Assembly (NCBI GenBank): GCA_965248835.1
Contig: CBDFLJ010000002.1
Span: 352,001-416,000 of the forward strand
Length of the DNA stretch: 64,000 nucleotides
From: Alphaproteobacteria bacterium
GTDB lineage: Bacteria > Pseudomonadota > Alphaproteobacteria > MPNO01
Direction of reading: 5' to 3'
Positions 1 to 9,194 of the stretch are shown piece after piece (position 1 is the stretch's first letter; each line of letters opens with the position of its first letter). The notes below the pieces were generated by a model, which was not told the DNA's origin, searched no databases, and saw only the letters and a list, made by a program, of their open reading frames with translations. The position numbers and the translations under genes are program-made.

Positions 1-103
1 GATCCCCAAGGCCCAGCGCGCGGCGGCCTGAGGGGCGGCGTCGCCTCGAATCCTCGTGTGGCGGCGGGCTGCTCGTGGGTCTCCGCGGTCCATCGCCGAC
101 GCG

Positions 104-793
104 CTACTGCAGCTTGTAGCCGACCTCGTAGTGGAGGTTGATGCCGTCCCAGAACATGTATTTCATCCGCGCGCCGTCGCGGGCGTAGCGGAGCGCTATG
201 TCCTGCTTTTCGGTCGTGTCGCAGTGCTTGACCAGGATCTCGAAGGCGCGCCCGCCGTGCTCGATATCGGCCTCGGCGTGCAACCACCAGTATTCGAGCT
301 CGTGCTCGGAGAAGTTGTAGGTCTCGCGCAGCGCCGGCAGCACCTTGGAGAACAGCCGCGGCTCCTGCGCCTCGCTGGCGATATGGATGCCCGCGACGCC
401 GGCGATCCAGGACTCCCGGGCGGTGACGTCGAGTTCCCAGTTGAGCCATGACTCGGTGGTCGGCAGGCCGCGTTCGGCCGCCAGCCCCTCGCGGGTCATC
501 CCGCAAGCCTCGCAGAACCGCAGCAGCAGTTCGACATGGGGGTTCGTCGGGTCGGTCTCCTCGGCGTAGTTCTCCATCTCCATCGCCACCACGTCTTCGG
601 GCGCCTTGGCGCAGATGTTGAACAGGGCGGCGGGGAGCAGGTTGCTGATCCAGTACCAATGCTCGCGGATGGCGCCGGCGATGGTCTCGCGCTTGACCTG
701 GCCTGCCGCCCACTTGTCGATCAGCGGGTGGTTCGCCTGGTGGCGCTCATCGACGGCCGCCTGCAGCGTGTTGCGGAAAGATGGCGTCGTCAT
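104..793 (-). CDS. CADD/PqqC/TenA-like heme-oxygenase-like diiron oxidase (HDO)
   Basis: ENYAEE...H, SEAQ and WWLHAEADIEH motifs match the E/H/E/H-x3-D-x2-H ligand set of CADD; last gene of the TRAP operon. Confidence 0.8.
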   Translation of the reverse strand: MTTPSFRNTLQAAVDERHQANHPLIDKWAAGQVKRETIAGAIREHWYWISNLLPAALFNICAKAPEDVVAMEMENYAEETDPTNPHVELLLRFCEACGMTREGLAAERGLPTTESWLNWELDVTARESWIAGVAGIHIASEAQEPRLFSKVLPALRETYNFSEHELEYWWLHAEADIEHGGRAFEILVKHCDTTEKQDIALRYARDGARMKYMFWDGINLHYEVGYKLQ

Positions 794-809
794 TTCGGCA
801 GCTCCTCGG

Positions 810-2138
810 TTATGAGCCCATCAGGCTCGGCAGGAAAAGCACCACATCGGGGACCGCGATCAGGAGCGCCAGCAGGACGAAGGCGCAGCCGATATAGGGC
901 AGGCCCGCATAGACCACCTGTGAGAACGTCGTGCCCGGCGGTGCGACGCCCATCATCACGAACAGCAGCAGCCCGAACGGCGGCGTGGTCGTGCTGATCT
1001 CCAGAGCGAGCACGATGATGATGCCGAACCAGACCGGATCGAAACCGAGCGAGATCGCGAGCGGCACGAAGATCGGAATGGTCAGCATCATCTGCGAGAT
1101 CTGATCGACGAACATGCCCAGGAACAGGAGCACCGCGAACATGAACAGCAGCATGACCAGCTTGGGCAGCTCGAACCCGCTCGCCCAATCGACGATGCCG
1201 GCGCTGGCGCCCGAGAACGCCATGATCTGGCTGAAGGTCGATGACGCCAGCAGGATCATGAACACCATCGTGGTCACGACCAGCGTGCCTTCGATCGCCT
1301 TGCGGACGACCTTCAACGACAGGCAGCGGAAGCAAGCGGCGAGCACGATCACGCCGACCACGCCAAAGGCGGCAGATTCCGAAGGCGTCGCGATTCCGAC
1401 CAGGATCAGACCGACGACGCAGAAGAACACCAAGCCCAGCGGCACGATGTTGATCATCGTGAGCAGGATCTTGGTGCCGAAGCTCGTCGGGTCGACCGAA
1501 TATAGCGGCGCCGCTTCGGGGTCCAGCCTGACCTGGGCGAAAATCAGCACCGCATAGAGGCTCGCCAGGATCAGTCCCGGAAGAATGCCGCCGATCAGCA
1601 GATGGCCGATGTCGACGGCGGTCAGCGCGCCCATCAGGCTGCCCAGCAGCACCACCAGCGCGGACGGCGGGATCAGGATTGCCAGGCTGCCCGAGCCCAG
1701 GATCGGGCCCATCGACATATGCTTCTTGTATCCCCGGCGCGTCATCTCGGGCACCATCGAGGAGCCCATCATCGCCGTCGTGGAGATGCTCGATCCCGAC
1801 AAGGCGGCAAAGATCGTCCCGCCGGCCACCGCCATATAGGACAGCCGGCCGGGCACGCGCCCGAACACCTTGTCCAGCGTCGAGAAGATTCGGTCCGCGA
1901 TGCCGCAATGGAAGAACAGCTCACCCATCAGGATGAACAGCGGCACCGGGATCAGGAGGAAGTTCGAGACCGACCGCGTCGCGTTGTTGATGACCTGCTC
2001 GATTCCCGCGACCCCGCCCATGAAGACCATCGCGCCGACGACGTTGGCGATCAGGAAGGCGAAGGCGACCGGAATGCTGAGCGCCATCAGCCCGACAACG
2101 AGGCCGAGCATCATGAGGCCCGCCGTATACCACTCCAT
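810..2138 (-). CDS. dctM: TRAP transporter large permease
   Basis: Highly hydrophobic; LIPVPLFILMGEL, ILIPPS, ATPSE and TTPPFG motifs. Confidence 0.95.
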   Translation of the reverse strand: MEWYTAGLMMLGLVVGLMALSIPVAFAFLIANVVGAMVFMGGVAGIEQVINNATRSVSNFLLIPVPLFILMGELFFHCGIADRIFSTLDKVFGRVPGRLSYMAVAGGTIFAALSGSSISTTAMMGSSMVPEMTRRGYKKHMSMGPILGSGSLAILIPPSALVVLLGSLMGALTAVDIGHLLIGGILPGLILASLYAVLIFAQVRLDPEAAPLYSVDPTSFGTKILLTMINIVPLGLVFFCVVGLILVGIATPSESAAFGVVGVIVLAACFRCLSLKVVRKAIEGTLVVTTMVFMILLASSTFSQIMAFSGASAGIVDWASGFELPKLVMLLFMFAVLLFLGMFVDQISQMMLTIPIFVPLAISLGFDPVWFGIIIVLALEISTTTPPFGLLLFVMMGVAPPGTTFSQVVYAGLPYIGCAFVLLALLIAVPDVVLFLPSLMGS

Positions 2139-2139
2139 C

Positions 2140-2652
2140 TCAGAGACCCTCCGCGCCCGCGTGGTCCTCTGACAGCATCGAATCCGGTCCGAACAGGAAC
2201 CGGCCGAACTCGGCGGCGAGCAGGAAGAACGCCAACGGCACCGGCGCGGTAACGATCCATCCCGGCATCGGGAAGGAGCGGATGTCCTCGAACCCGCGCA
2301 CGTACTCCGAGATCACGACATCGAGCGAGATAAAGGCCAGAATCAGGCAGATGGCAATGCCGGCGACATAGATCAGCCGCTCCGCCCAGAGCTTGGGCCG
2401 GCCCGACAGCAGCGACGTGAAAATGGTGATGAACACATGGGATTTGCGGCGCAGGACCCAGGGGGTCGCGTACAGCGTCGAATGGAGCAGACCGTATTCC
2501 GCGAGCGAGACCGTCCACAGCGGCGAAGGTATGCCGAGCGTCCGGACCGTCACGTCGTAGACGATGGCAAAGAAGATCGCGGTGAGCACGACGCCGCCAA
2601 GCCCGGCGAGCCCCGTGATCACCGCATCGTATGCCCTTATCAAGCCGCGCAT
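2140..2652 (-). CDS. dctQ: TRAP transporter small permease
   Basis: 170 aa with 4 TM segments, lying between dctP and dctM. Confidence 0.9.
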   Translation of the reverse strand: MRGLIRAYDAVITGLAGLGGVVLTAIFFAIVYDVTVRTLGIPSPLWTVSLAEYGLLHSTLYATPWVLRRKSHVFITIFTSLLSGRPKLWAERLIYVAGIAICLILAFISLDVVISEYVRGFEDIRSFPMPGWIVTAPVPLAFFLLAAEFGRFLFGPDSMLSEDHAGAEGL

Positions 2653-2686
2653 GGCGCGCGTTCGGCGCCCGGCGCCGCGGCCGTGT

Positions 2687-3709
2687 TCACGGCCGGAAGA
2701 GCTTCGATTTGAAGTCCTCGATCATCGCCTGCGGGATCTTGTTCTTGGCTAGCGCCTGCCAGACGCCGATGTCGTAGGCCGCGCTCGAATAGATCTTGGC
2801 CGCCTCGCCCTTCAGGTCGATGTCGATCATGCCGCGCTGCTTGAGCTTGGCCTTCTCGTCGGTGCTCATCTTGGTGAACATGTCGTGCGCCCAGATCTCG
2901 GACTCCACCGCCGCGCGGGTAATCGCTTGCTGGTGCGCGACGCTCAGCTTGTCCCACTTGGCCTTGTTGGCGGCGATGATGATGTCGCCCTGCCAATAGG
3001 CCGGCGTGATGCGGTATTTGAGGAACTTGTCCCAGCCGAAATTGGTCACGCCGGGGCCGATCCAGGCCATGCCTTTGACGATGCCGCGCTCGAGCCCGGA
3101 ATACATCTCGGCGACGTGCATCGGGACCGCGCTGGCGCCGAACCGCTTGAGGAACTCGCGATAGATCGCGACACCGCGCAGCTTCATCCCTGTGAAGTCC
3201 GGCGTCCCGTCGGCGGCGAACTTGGGCTTGTCGGTGAGGTAGAGGTAGAACGTGTAGCCCGAACCGTAATAGCCCAGCAGCTCGGCGTTGAGGCGCTTGC
3301 GCACCGCCTGGTTCATCAGCGCCAGCCCGCCGGTGGTGCGGACTTCCATGGCATGCATGTTCGATCCGTTGAACGCCTGGATCTCCGGAATCTCGCCCAG
3401 GAAATAGGACATCGGGCCGTAATAGACGTCCAGCACGCCACGCGAGATGGCCTTCATCTGCTCGGGCACCGGGGTAACGTCCGGCCCGCCGATATAGCGG
3501 ATCTTGATCTCGTTGTTGGAGTACTCCGCCACCCGCTTCGTGAAGTCGTGCAGCGGGGGGTTGAAGGGATGCTTGCGCGGGAACGCCGTGATCGACTTCC
3601 AGTTCACATCCGCGGCGCCCGCCGGGAGGACCGTAAACGCCGCCGGCACGGCGGCCAGGGCGAGAGAGACGATCGCGCCTCCCCAGACATATTTCAGCAA
3701 CCTCATCAT
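2687..3709 (-). CDS. dctP: TRAP transporter substrate-binding protein
   Basis: Signal peptide, GMKLRG and EMYSGLERG motifs; ATG at 3709 follows a GGAGG RBS. Confidence 0.9.
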   Translation of the reverse strand: MMRLLKYVWGGAIVSLALAAVPAAFTVLPAGAADVNWKSITAFPRKHPFNPPLHDFTKRVAEYSNNEIKIRYIGGPDVTPVPEQMKAISRGVLDVYYGPMSYFLGEIPEIQAFNGSNMHAMEVRTTGGLALMNQAVRKRLNAELLGYYGSGYTFYLYLTDKPKFAADGTPDFTGMKLRGVAIYREFLKRFGASAVPMHVAEMYSGLERGIVKGMAWIGPGVTNFGWDKFLKYRITPAYWQGDIIIAANKAKWDKLSVAHQQAITRAAVESEIWAHDMFTKMSTDEKAKLKQRGMIDIDLKGEAAKIYSSAAYDIGVWQALAKNKIPQAMIEDFKSKLFRP

Positions 3710-3867
3710 TGCCTCCTTTGATGTTCGGAGCCTCGCCACTTGCATGTTTGGTTTTCTTTCGAGACAGTCGTCGAGCCCCGTCGAGATCTTCGAGCCGCGG
3801 CCGGGGCATGTCAACCGAGGCCTGCCCGCATCGCTGACGGGCACGCGCGGGGCGATGGGACCAAGCG

Positions 3868-5274
3868 ATGACAGACGATACGGCCTTCCTCCCCCTCACC
3901 GATCTGCTGACCGGATACGACGACGGCACCCTCTCGCCGGTCGAGGCGACGGCGGCAGTCTATGACCGGATCGAGGCCCACGACGGCGCGCTCAACCTGT
4001 TCTGCCACCTCCTGGACCGCGCGGAGGCGATCGCGGCGGCCGAAGAGGCCGCGATCCGGTGGTCGCGCAACGCGGCGTCGGGGCCGCTGGACGGGGTGCC
4101 GCTGACCGTCAAGGATGCGATCATCGCCCGGGGCTGGGCGACGCTGCGGGGCTCGAAACTGTCCGATGCGAGCGTCCCCGACGGCGAGGACGCGCCCTCG
4201 GTCGCGCGGGTACGCGCCGCCGGGGCAATCGTGATCGGCAAGACCACCATGCCCGAGTTCGGCTGGAAGGGGGTCACCGACTGCCCGCTTTCCGGGATCA
4301 CCCGCAACCCCTGGAACACCGCCATGACGCCCGGCGGATCGAGCGGCGGCTCGGCGGCGGCCGTCGCCGCGGGGATCGGCCATGCCGCGATCGGCACCGA
4401 TGCCGGCGGCTCGGTGCGCATCCCCGGCAGCTTCTGCGGGCTGATCGCGCTCAAGCCTTCGATCGGCCGGGTCGGCAACTACCCGCCGAGCGCGGCGGGG
4501 ACAATGGGCCATATCGGCCCGATAACGCGCACTGCGGCGGACGCCGCGCTGATGCTCACCGTCATGGCCGGATCGGACCCGCGCGACCCGACGGGACTGC
4601 CCGATGACGGAACGGACTACCGCGACGGGCTCGACGGAAGCATCGCCGGGATCCGCGTCGCCTTCAGCCCGACCTTGGGCTATGCCAAGGTCGACCCGGA
4701 GGTCGCCGCCCTGGTGGCGACCGCAGCCGAAGCGTTCGCGGACCTCGGCGCCCGGGTCGAGCGCGTCGATGCTCCTTTCCCCGATCCGACCGATTGCTTC
4801 CGGACCCATTTCTTCGCCGGCATCGCGCATGCGCTGCGCAATGTGCCGGCCGAGAAGCTGTCGTTGCTGGACCCGGGACTGCTGCCGATCCTGGACAAGG
4901 CCCGCGGGATCGGCCTCGGTCAGTACATGGAAGCGGTCGACGCTCGCGTGGCGCTGTCGCGGACCTCGAAGACGTTCTTCGAGACCCACGACCTGCTGCT
5001 CACCCCGACACTGGCGGTTCCGCCGTTCGAGGTCGGCAGGCTGTCTCCGGACGGCTACGACCAGGAGGAATGGATGGCGTGGTCGCCGTTCACCTATCCG
5101 TTCAACCTGACCGGACAGCCGGCGCTCAGCGTACCGTGCGGGTTCACCGCATCGGGTCTGCCGGTGGGCTTGCAGATCGTCGGCCAGTACCATGCCGATG
5201 CGTTGGTGCTGCGTGCCGCGCACGCCTATCAGAGCGCGCACCCGACATGGGACCGCCGGCCGCCGCTTGCCTGA
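3868..5274 (+). CDS. Amidase-signature family amidase
   Basis: VKD, TPGGSSGGSAAAV and GTDAGGSVRIP (Ser-cisSer-Lys triad). Confidence 0.95.
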   Translation: MTDDTAFLPLTDLLTGYDDGTLSPVEATAAVYDRIEAHDGALNLFCHLLDRAEAIAAAEEAAIRWSRNAASGPLDGVPLTVKDAIIARGWATLRGSKLSDASVPDGEDAPSVARVRAAGAIVIGKTTMPEFGWKGVTDCPLSGITRNPWNTAMTPGGSSGGSAAAVAAGIGHAAIGTDAGGSVRIPGSFCGLIALKPSIGRVGNYPPSAAGTMGHIGPITRTAADAALMLTVMAGSDPRDPTGLPDDGTDYRDGLDGSIAGIRVAFSPTLGYAKVDPEVAALVATAAEAFADLGARVERVDAPFPDPTDCFRTHFFAGIAHALRNVPAEKLSLLDPGLLPILDKARGIGLGQYMEAVDARVALSRTSKTFFETHDLLLTPTLAVPPFEVGRLSPDGYDQEEWMAWSPFTYPFNLTGQPALSVPCGFTASGLPVGLQIVGQYHADALVLRAAHAYQSAHPTWDRRPPLA

Positions 5275-5277
5275 GGA

Positions 5278-6114
5278 TCAGCCGCGGCCCTGCGGCCGGT
5301 CCACCGCCTCGTAGCCCGGCCGGTAGCTCTTCTCGTCCAGGAACCCCGTCATGCCGCGGCCCCGTGTGTTCTCGGCATCGCGGAAGCGGAGCTGGTCGGA
5401 CTTGGCCTGGATGAAGTCGTAGGATTCCTCGATCGACATCATGCGCACCGACTTGATGGTTTCCTTGGTCGAGCGCAGCACCTCCGGGTTTTTCTTCATC
5501 AGGTCTTGGGCCAGGTCGATCACCTCGCTGCGCAGCCGCGCCGCCGGCACGGCATAGGTGACAAGCCCGATCTCCGCGGCGGTCTTGCCGTCGAACGGCC
5601 GGCCGGTCATCGCGTAATACATCGACTTCCGATAGTTCATGGTCATGGTGACGACCTTGCTCACCAGCCCGCCCGGCAGGATCCCCCAATTGACTTCCGA
5701 CAGCCCGAACGTCGCTTCCTCGGCGGCAATCGCGAAGTCGCAGGCGACCAGCGGGATGAACGCGCCGCCGAAGCAATAGCCGTTGACCATCGCGATGGTC
5801 GGCTTGGAGAAAGCGGACAGCTTGTACCAGCCCCAGCGGCGGTCGGCCTCGCGCGCGGCAGCCCGCTCGGCAGGCTTGTCGTCGAGGTCGCGGAAGAACA
5901 GCTTCAGGTCCATGCCTGCGCTGAACGCCTCGCCCGCGCCGGTCAGCACGAGCACCTCGATCTCCTCGTCGACGTCGAGCCGGCTGAGCGCGTCGACCAT
6001 CTCGGAATGGAGTTCCGGGCTCATCGCGTTGCGCTTCTCCGGCCGGTTCAGCCGCACCCAGGCGATGCGGTCGGCCTTTTCGATCTCGACGGTGTTGTAG
6101 GCTGGCATGGACAT
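5278..6114 (-). CDS. ech: p-hydroxycinnamoyl/feruloyl-CoA hydratase-lyase (crotonase family)
   Basis: NRPEKRNAMSP, AGMDLKLFFR, CFGGAF, LSEVNWGILPGG and the C-terminal FLDEKSYRPG typical of HCHL. Confidence 0.85.
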   Translation of the reverse strand: MSMPAYNTVEIEKADRIAWVRLNRPEKRNAMSPELHSEMVDALSRLDVDEEIEVLVLTGAGEAFSAGMDLKLFFRDLDDKPAERAAAREADRRWGWYKLSAFSKPTIAMVNGYCFGGAFIPLVACDFAIAAEEATFGLSEVNWGILPGGLVSKVVTMTMNYRKSMYYAMTGRPFDGKTAAEIGLVTYAVPAARLRSEVIDLAQDLMKKNPEVLRSTKETIKSVRMMSIEESYDFIQAKSDQLRFRDAENTRGRGMTGFLDEKSYRPGYEAVDRPQGRG

Positions 6115-6176
6115 CCGGGCCTCCTTCTGATTACCGATTGGACGCGCACCTGGGTCAGTATACGCTTCCGGCCATC

Positions 6177-7241
6177 ATGGATTTCGGCATCAACGTCGCA
6201 ACCTCGGCCGATTCCTGGAAAGTGGTCGCGCGCGCCGAGGCGTTGGGCTTCAGCCACGCCTGGTTCTTCGACACCCAGTTGATCAACGCCGACATTTTCG
6301 TCGCCATGGCTGCGGCGGCGATGCGCACCGAGCGCATCAAGCTCTGCGCCGGCGTGCTGATCCCGTCCAATCGGATCGCGCCGGTGGCCGCCAACGCGCT
6401 CGCCTCGCTTTCCAAGCTGGCGCCGGGGCGCATCCAGTGCGGCATCGGCACCGGTTTCACCGCGCGGCGCGCAATGGGCTTGGGCGCGCTCCCGCTGGCC
6501 GAGGTCGAGGCGTATGTCGAGGTGATCCGCGGCCTGCTCGCCGGACAGACGGTCAGCGCCGACATCGAGGGCGAATCGAGACAGATCCGCTTCCTCAACC
6601 CCGAGCTCGGCCTGATCGAGACCGCGCATGACATCCCCATCCACATGAGCGCGCTCGGGCCCAGGGGGCGGGCGATGACCGCGCGCCTCGGGCTGGACTG
6701 GATCGTGCCGGCGCGCTCCAACGAGCAGACCGTCGCCCAGATCGAGGACATGCAGCGGTGCTGGCACGAGGCCGGCCGGGTGGCCGAGGATCTCTACACC
6801 ACCGTCCAGTGCGGCGGCTGCATCCTCGCCGACGGCGAGCCGGTCGACAGCGCGCGGGCAATGGCCCAGGCGGGGCCCGCCGCCGCCATGGTGATGCACG
6901 ACATGGTCGAAGCCCGGTCCCTCGGCCGGCTCGGCTTCGCGGTCCCCGAGATGCTGCACCGCTCTCTCGAGGCGTACCGCGAGATCCATGCCCGCTACAC
7001 GCCCAAGGACGCAAGCTATCTCAGCACCCATGCCGGCCACCTGATGGTGGTGCGGCCCGAGGAGCGGCCGCTGATCAGCGCCGAGATGATCCGCGCGCTC
7101 AGCTTCACCGGCACCGCGGCGGAACTGCGCGAACGGGTGCGCGGCTTCCGCGACGCCGGCTTTCGCCAGTTCTCCGCCCATATCCGTCATGGCCACCCGG
7201 AGATGGTCGAGGAATGGGCCGAGCTTCTGGCCACCGTCTAG
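6177..7241 (+). CDS. LLM-class flavin-dependent oxidoreductase
   Basis: AEALGFSHAWFFD, RTERIKL and IPIHMSALGPR luciferase-like motifs. Confidence 0.9.
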   Translation: MDFGINVATSADSWKVVARAEALGFSHAWFFDTQLINADIFVAMAAAAMRTERIKLCAGVLIPSNRIAPVAANALASLSKLAPGRIQCGIGTGFTARRAMGLGALPLAEVEAYVEVIRGLLAGQTVSADIEGESRQIRFLNPELGLIETAHDIPIHMSALGPRGRAMTARLGLDWIVPARSNEQTVAQIEDMQRCWHEAGRVAEDLYTTVQCGGCILADGEPVDSARAMAQAGPAAAMVMHDMVEARSLGRLGFAVPEMLHRSLEAYREIHARYTPKDASYLSTHAGHLMVVRPEERPLISAEMIRALSFTGTAAELRERVRGFRDAGFRQFSAHIRHGHPEMVEEWAELLATV

Positions 7242-7251
7242 CAATGCCACC

Positions 7252-7290
7252 GAGACCGGATACGGAGACCGGATATGGAGACCGGATATG
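7252..7290 (+). repeat. 13-bp tandem repeat x3 (GAGACCGGATAYG) overlapping the RBS and start of the downstream cupin gene
   Basis: gagaccggatacg gagaccggatatg gagaccggatatg read directly; the last ATG (7288) is the in-frame start. Confidence 0.9.
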
Positions 7291-8274
7291 ACGGATGACT
7301 TGCCCCGCCCCGACCCGCCGATCCGCCGCGTCGTCACCGGCCACGATGCCGCTGGCAGGGCGATCGTGGCCATGGACGGGCCGGCCACGAACCACAAGTG
7401 GCCCGGCGAAGGGCGCGCGGCGGGCATCGTCTCGACGCTGATCTGGAGCACCGACGAATGTCCGGCCGAGATCCGGTCGGAAGAGGATTACGGCGCCCGT
7501 ATCATCCCGACCCAGCCGCCTGCCATGGGCTCGCGGTTCTGCGTGATCGATTTCCAGCCGGGCAATATCGCCCACATGCACCGGACCGATTCGGTGGACT
7601 ACGTGATGTGCCTGTCGGGCGAGATCGACATGGACATGGACGAGTCCACGGTGACCATGCGCACCGGCGACGTGATGGTCCAGCAGGCGACCAACCACTC
7701 CTGGCGGAACCGCGGGACCGAGACCGCGCGCCTCGCCTTCGTCCTGATCGACGGCAAGCCCCCGCCGGGCGGATCGCTCGCGATCGCGGCCGCCATGCCG
7801 GACGCGCAAGCCGGCATGGCGCGGCCCGGATCCGAAATCCGCCGCATCGTCACCAGCCACGACCCGGCGGGCGTCGCACGCCCCATGTGGGACGGCCCGG
7901 CGCTCCACCAGGAGCACAACCCCCGCGGCATCACCGCGACGCTGTTGTGGGGCTCCGACGAGACGCCGGCGGAGACCTGGACGCGCGAGGATTTCGGTGC
8001 ACGCGCGAACGACATCGCGCCGGGCGCGCGCGGCACCTGGTTCCGCATCGTCGACTACCCCGCGGGCACGCCGGGCCGGATGCACCGCACCGACACGCTC
8101 GATTACGCGGTCTGCCTGAAGGGAGCGATCGACATGGAGCTCGACATCGGCCTGGTTCCCTTCCGCGCCGGCGACGTGATGGTCCAGCAGGGCACCAACC
8201 ATAGCTGGGCCAACGCCGGCACCGAGGACTGCCGCATCGCCTTCGTGCTGCTGGATGCGAAGAACCAGACCTGA
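7288..8274 (+). CDS. Tandem-duplicated cupin-domain protein
   Basis: Two similar halves, each with IRR(V/I)VT.HD, MHRTD..DY and GDVMVQQ.TNHSW. Confidence 0.85.
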   Translation: MTDDLPRPDPPIRRVVTGHDAAGRAIVAMDGPATNHKWPGEGRAAGIVSTLIWSTDECPAEIRSEEDYGARIIPTQPPAMGSRFCVIDFQPGNIAHMHRTDSVDYVMCLSGEIDMDMDESTVTMRTGDVMVQQATNHSWRNRGTETARLAFVLIDGKPPPGGSLAIAAAMPDAQAGMARPGSEIRRIVTSHDPAGVARPMWDGPALHQEHNPRGITATLLWGSDETPAETWTREDFGARANDIAPGARGTWFRIVDYPAGTPGRMHRTDTLDYAVCLKGAIDMELDIGLVPFRAGDVMVQQGTNHSWANAGTEDCRIAFVLLDAKNQT

Positions 8275-8348
8275 ACGCTTGCCCCGCCGGTGCCGGCGCC
8301 CTAGTTGGACCTGAAATCAACCACGCCGCGTGTTCAAGGGAGCGCCCG

Positions 8349-9170
8349 ATGGCCGAGACCGCCGCGATCCAGACCGTCAATGCCAGGCTGACCTATTCGG
8401 TCGATATTGGGGTGAAACCGGTCAACGAGACCATGGAAGAAGGCAACATGTCCCGCCGCCGGTCCGGCGTCCAGGAAGACCACCCGATGAGCATCCGCAA
8501 CGGTCGGCCGCTGCGCGATACGTTCTCGCTCGAGGAGTCGGGCTTCGTGTTCGTCGACCACAAGACGGCGATGAAGGATTTCTTCGACATCGAGGAACTC
8601 GAGGCGGTCTACTACCCGGAGGTCGAGCGGCTGGTCGAGGAGCAGACCGGCGCCAGGCGGGTGGTGGTCTTCGACCATACGCTGCGTTCAGGCGACGAGG
8701 ACACCCGCGAGACCCGCAAGGTCCGCGAGCCGGTCAAGGCGGTCCACAACGACTACACCGAATGGTCCGGCCCGCAGCGGGTGCGTGACCTGGTGCCCGA
8801 CGAGGCCGACGAACTGCTCAAGCGCCGGTTCGCCATCGTCCAGGTCTGGCGGGCGATCAACCAGCCGATTCAGTCCGATCCGCTGGCGATCGCCCACGCG
8901 CGCAGCCTTCAGCCGGCCGATCTGATCGCTTCGGAGCGGCGCTATCCCCACCGGGTCGGCGAGACCTACCAGGTCGCCTACAACCCCGATCACAAGTGGT
9001 TCTATTTCCCGGAAATGAACCGCGACGAGGCGCTGGTCTTCAAGGTCTACGATTCAGAGACCGACGGCCGGGCGCGGTTCACCGCCCACACCTCGTTCGG
9101 CGATCCCAACACGCCTCGCGGCGCCCCGGCCCGCGAGAGCATCGAGATGCGCACCATCGCCTTGTTTTAG
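8349..9170 (+). CDS. CmcJ/NvfI (AsaB-like) family Fe(II) oxygenase
   Basis: YYPEVE, VFDHTLR, VHNDY, QVWR, AHTSF and RESIEMR family motifs. Confidence 0.85.
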   Translation: MAETAAIQTVNARLTYSVDIGVKPVNETMEEGNMSRRRSGVQEDHPMSIRNGRPLRDTFSLEESGFVFVDHKTAMKDFFDIEELEAVYYPEVERLVEEQTGARRVVVFDHTLRSGDEDTRETRKVREPVKAVHNDYTEWSGPQRVRDLVPDEADELLKRRFAIVQVWRAINQPIQSDPLAIAHARSLQPADLIASERRYPHRVGETYQVAYNPDHKWFYFPEMNRDEALVFKVYDSETDGRARFTAHTSFGDPNTPRGAPARESIEMRTIALF

Positions 9171-9194
9171 AAGCGCCGCCCGGTCGGCGCCGGC

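Noticed and set aside
7252-7290. CRISPR-like array
   Set aside because: 13-bp units with no spacers and no cas genes; a simple tandem repeat.
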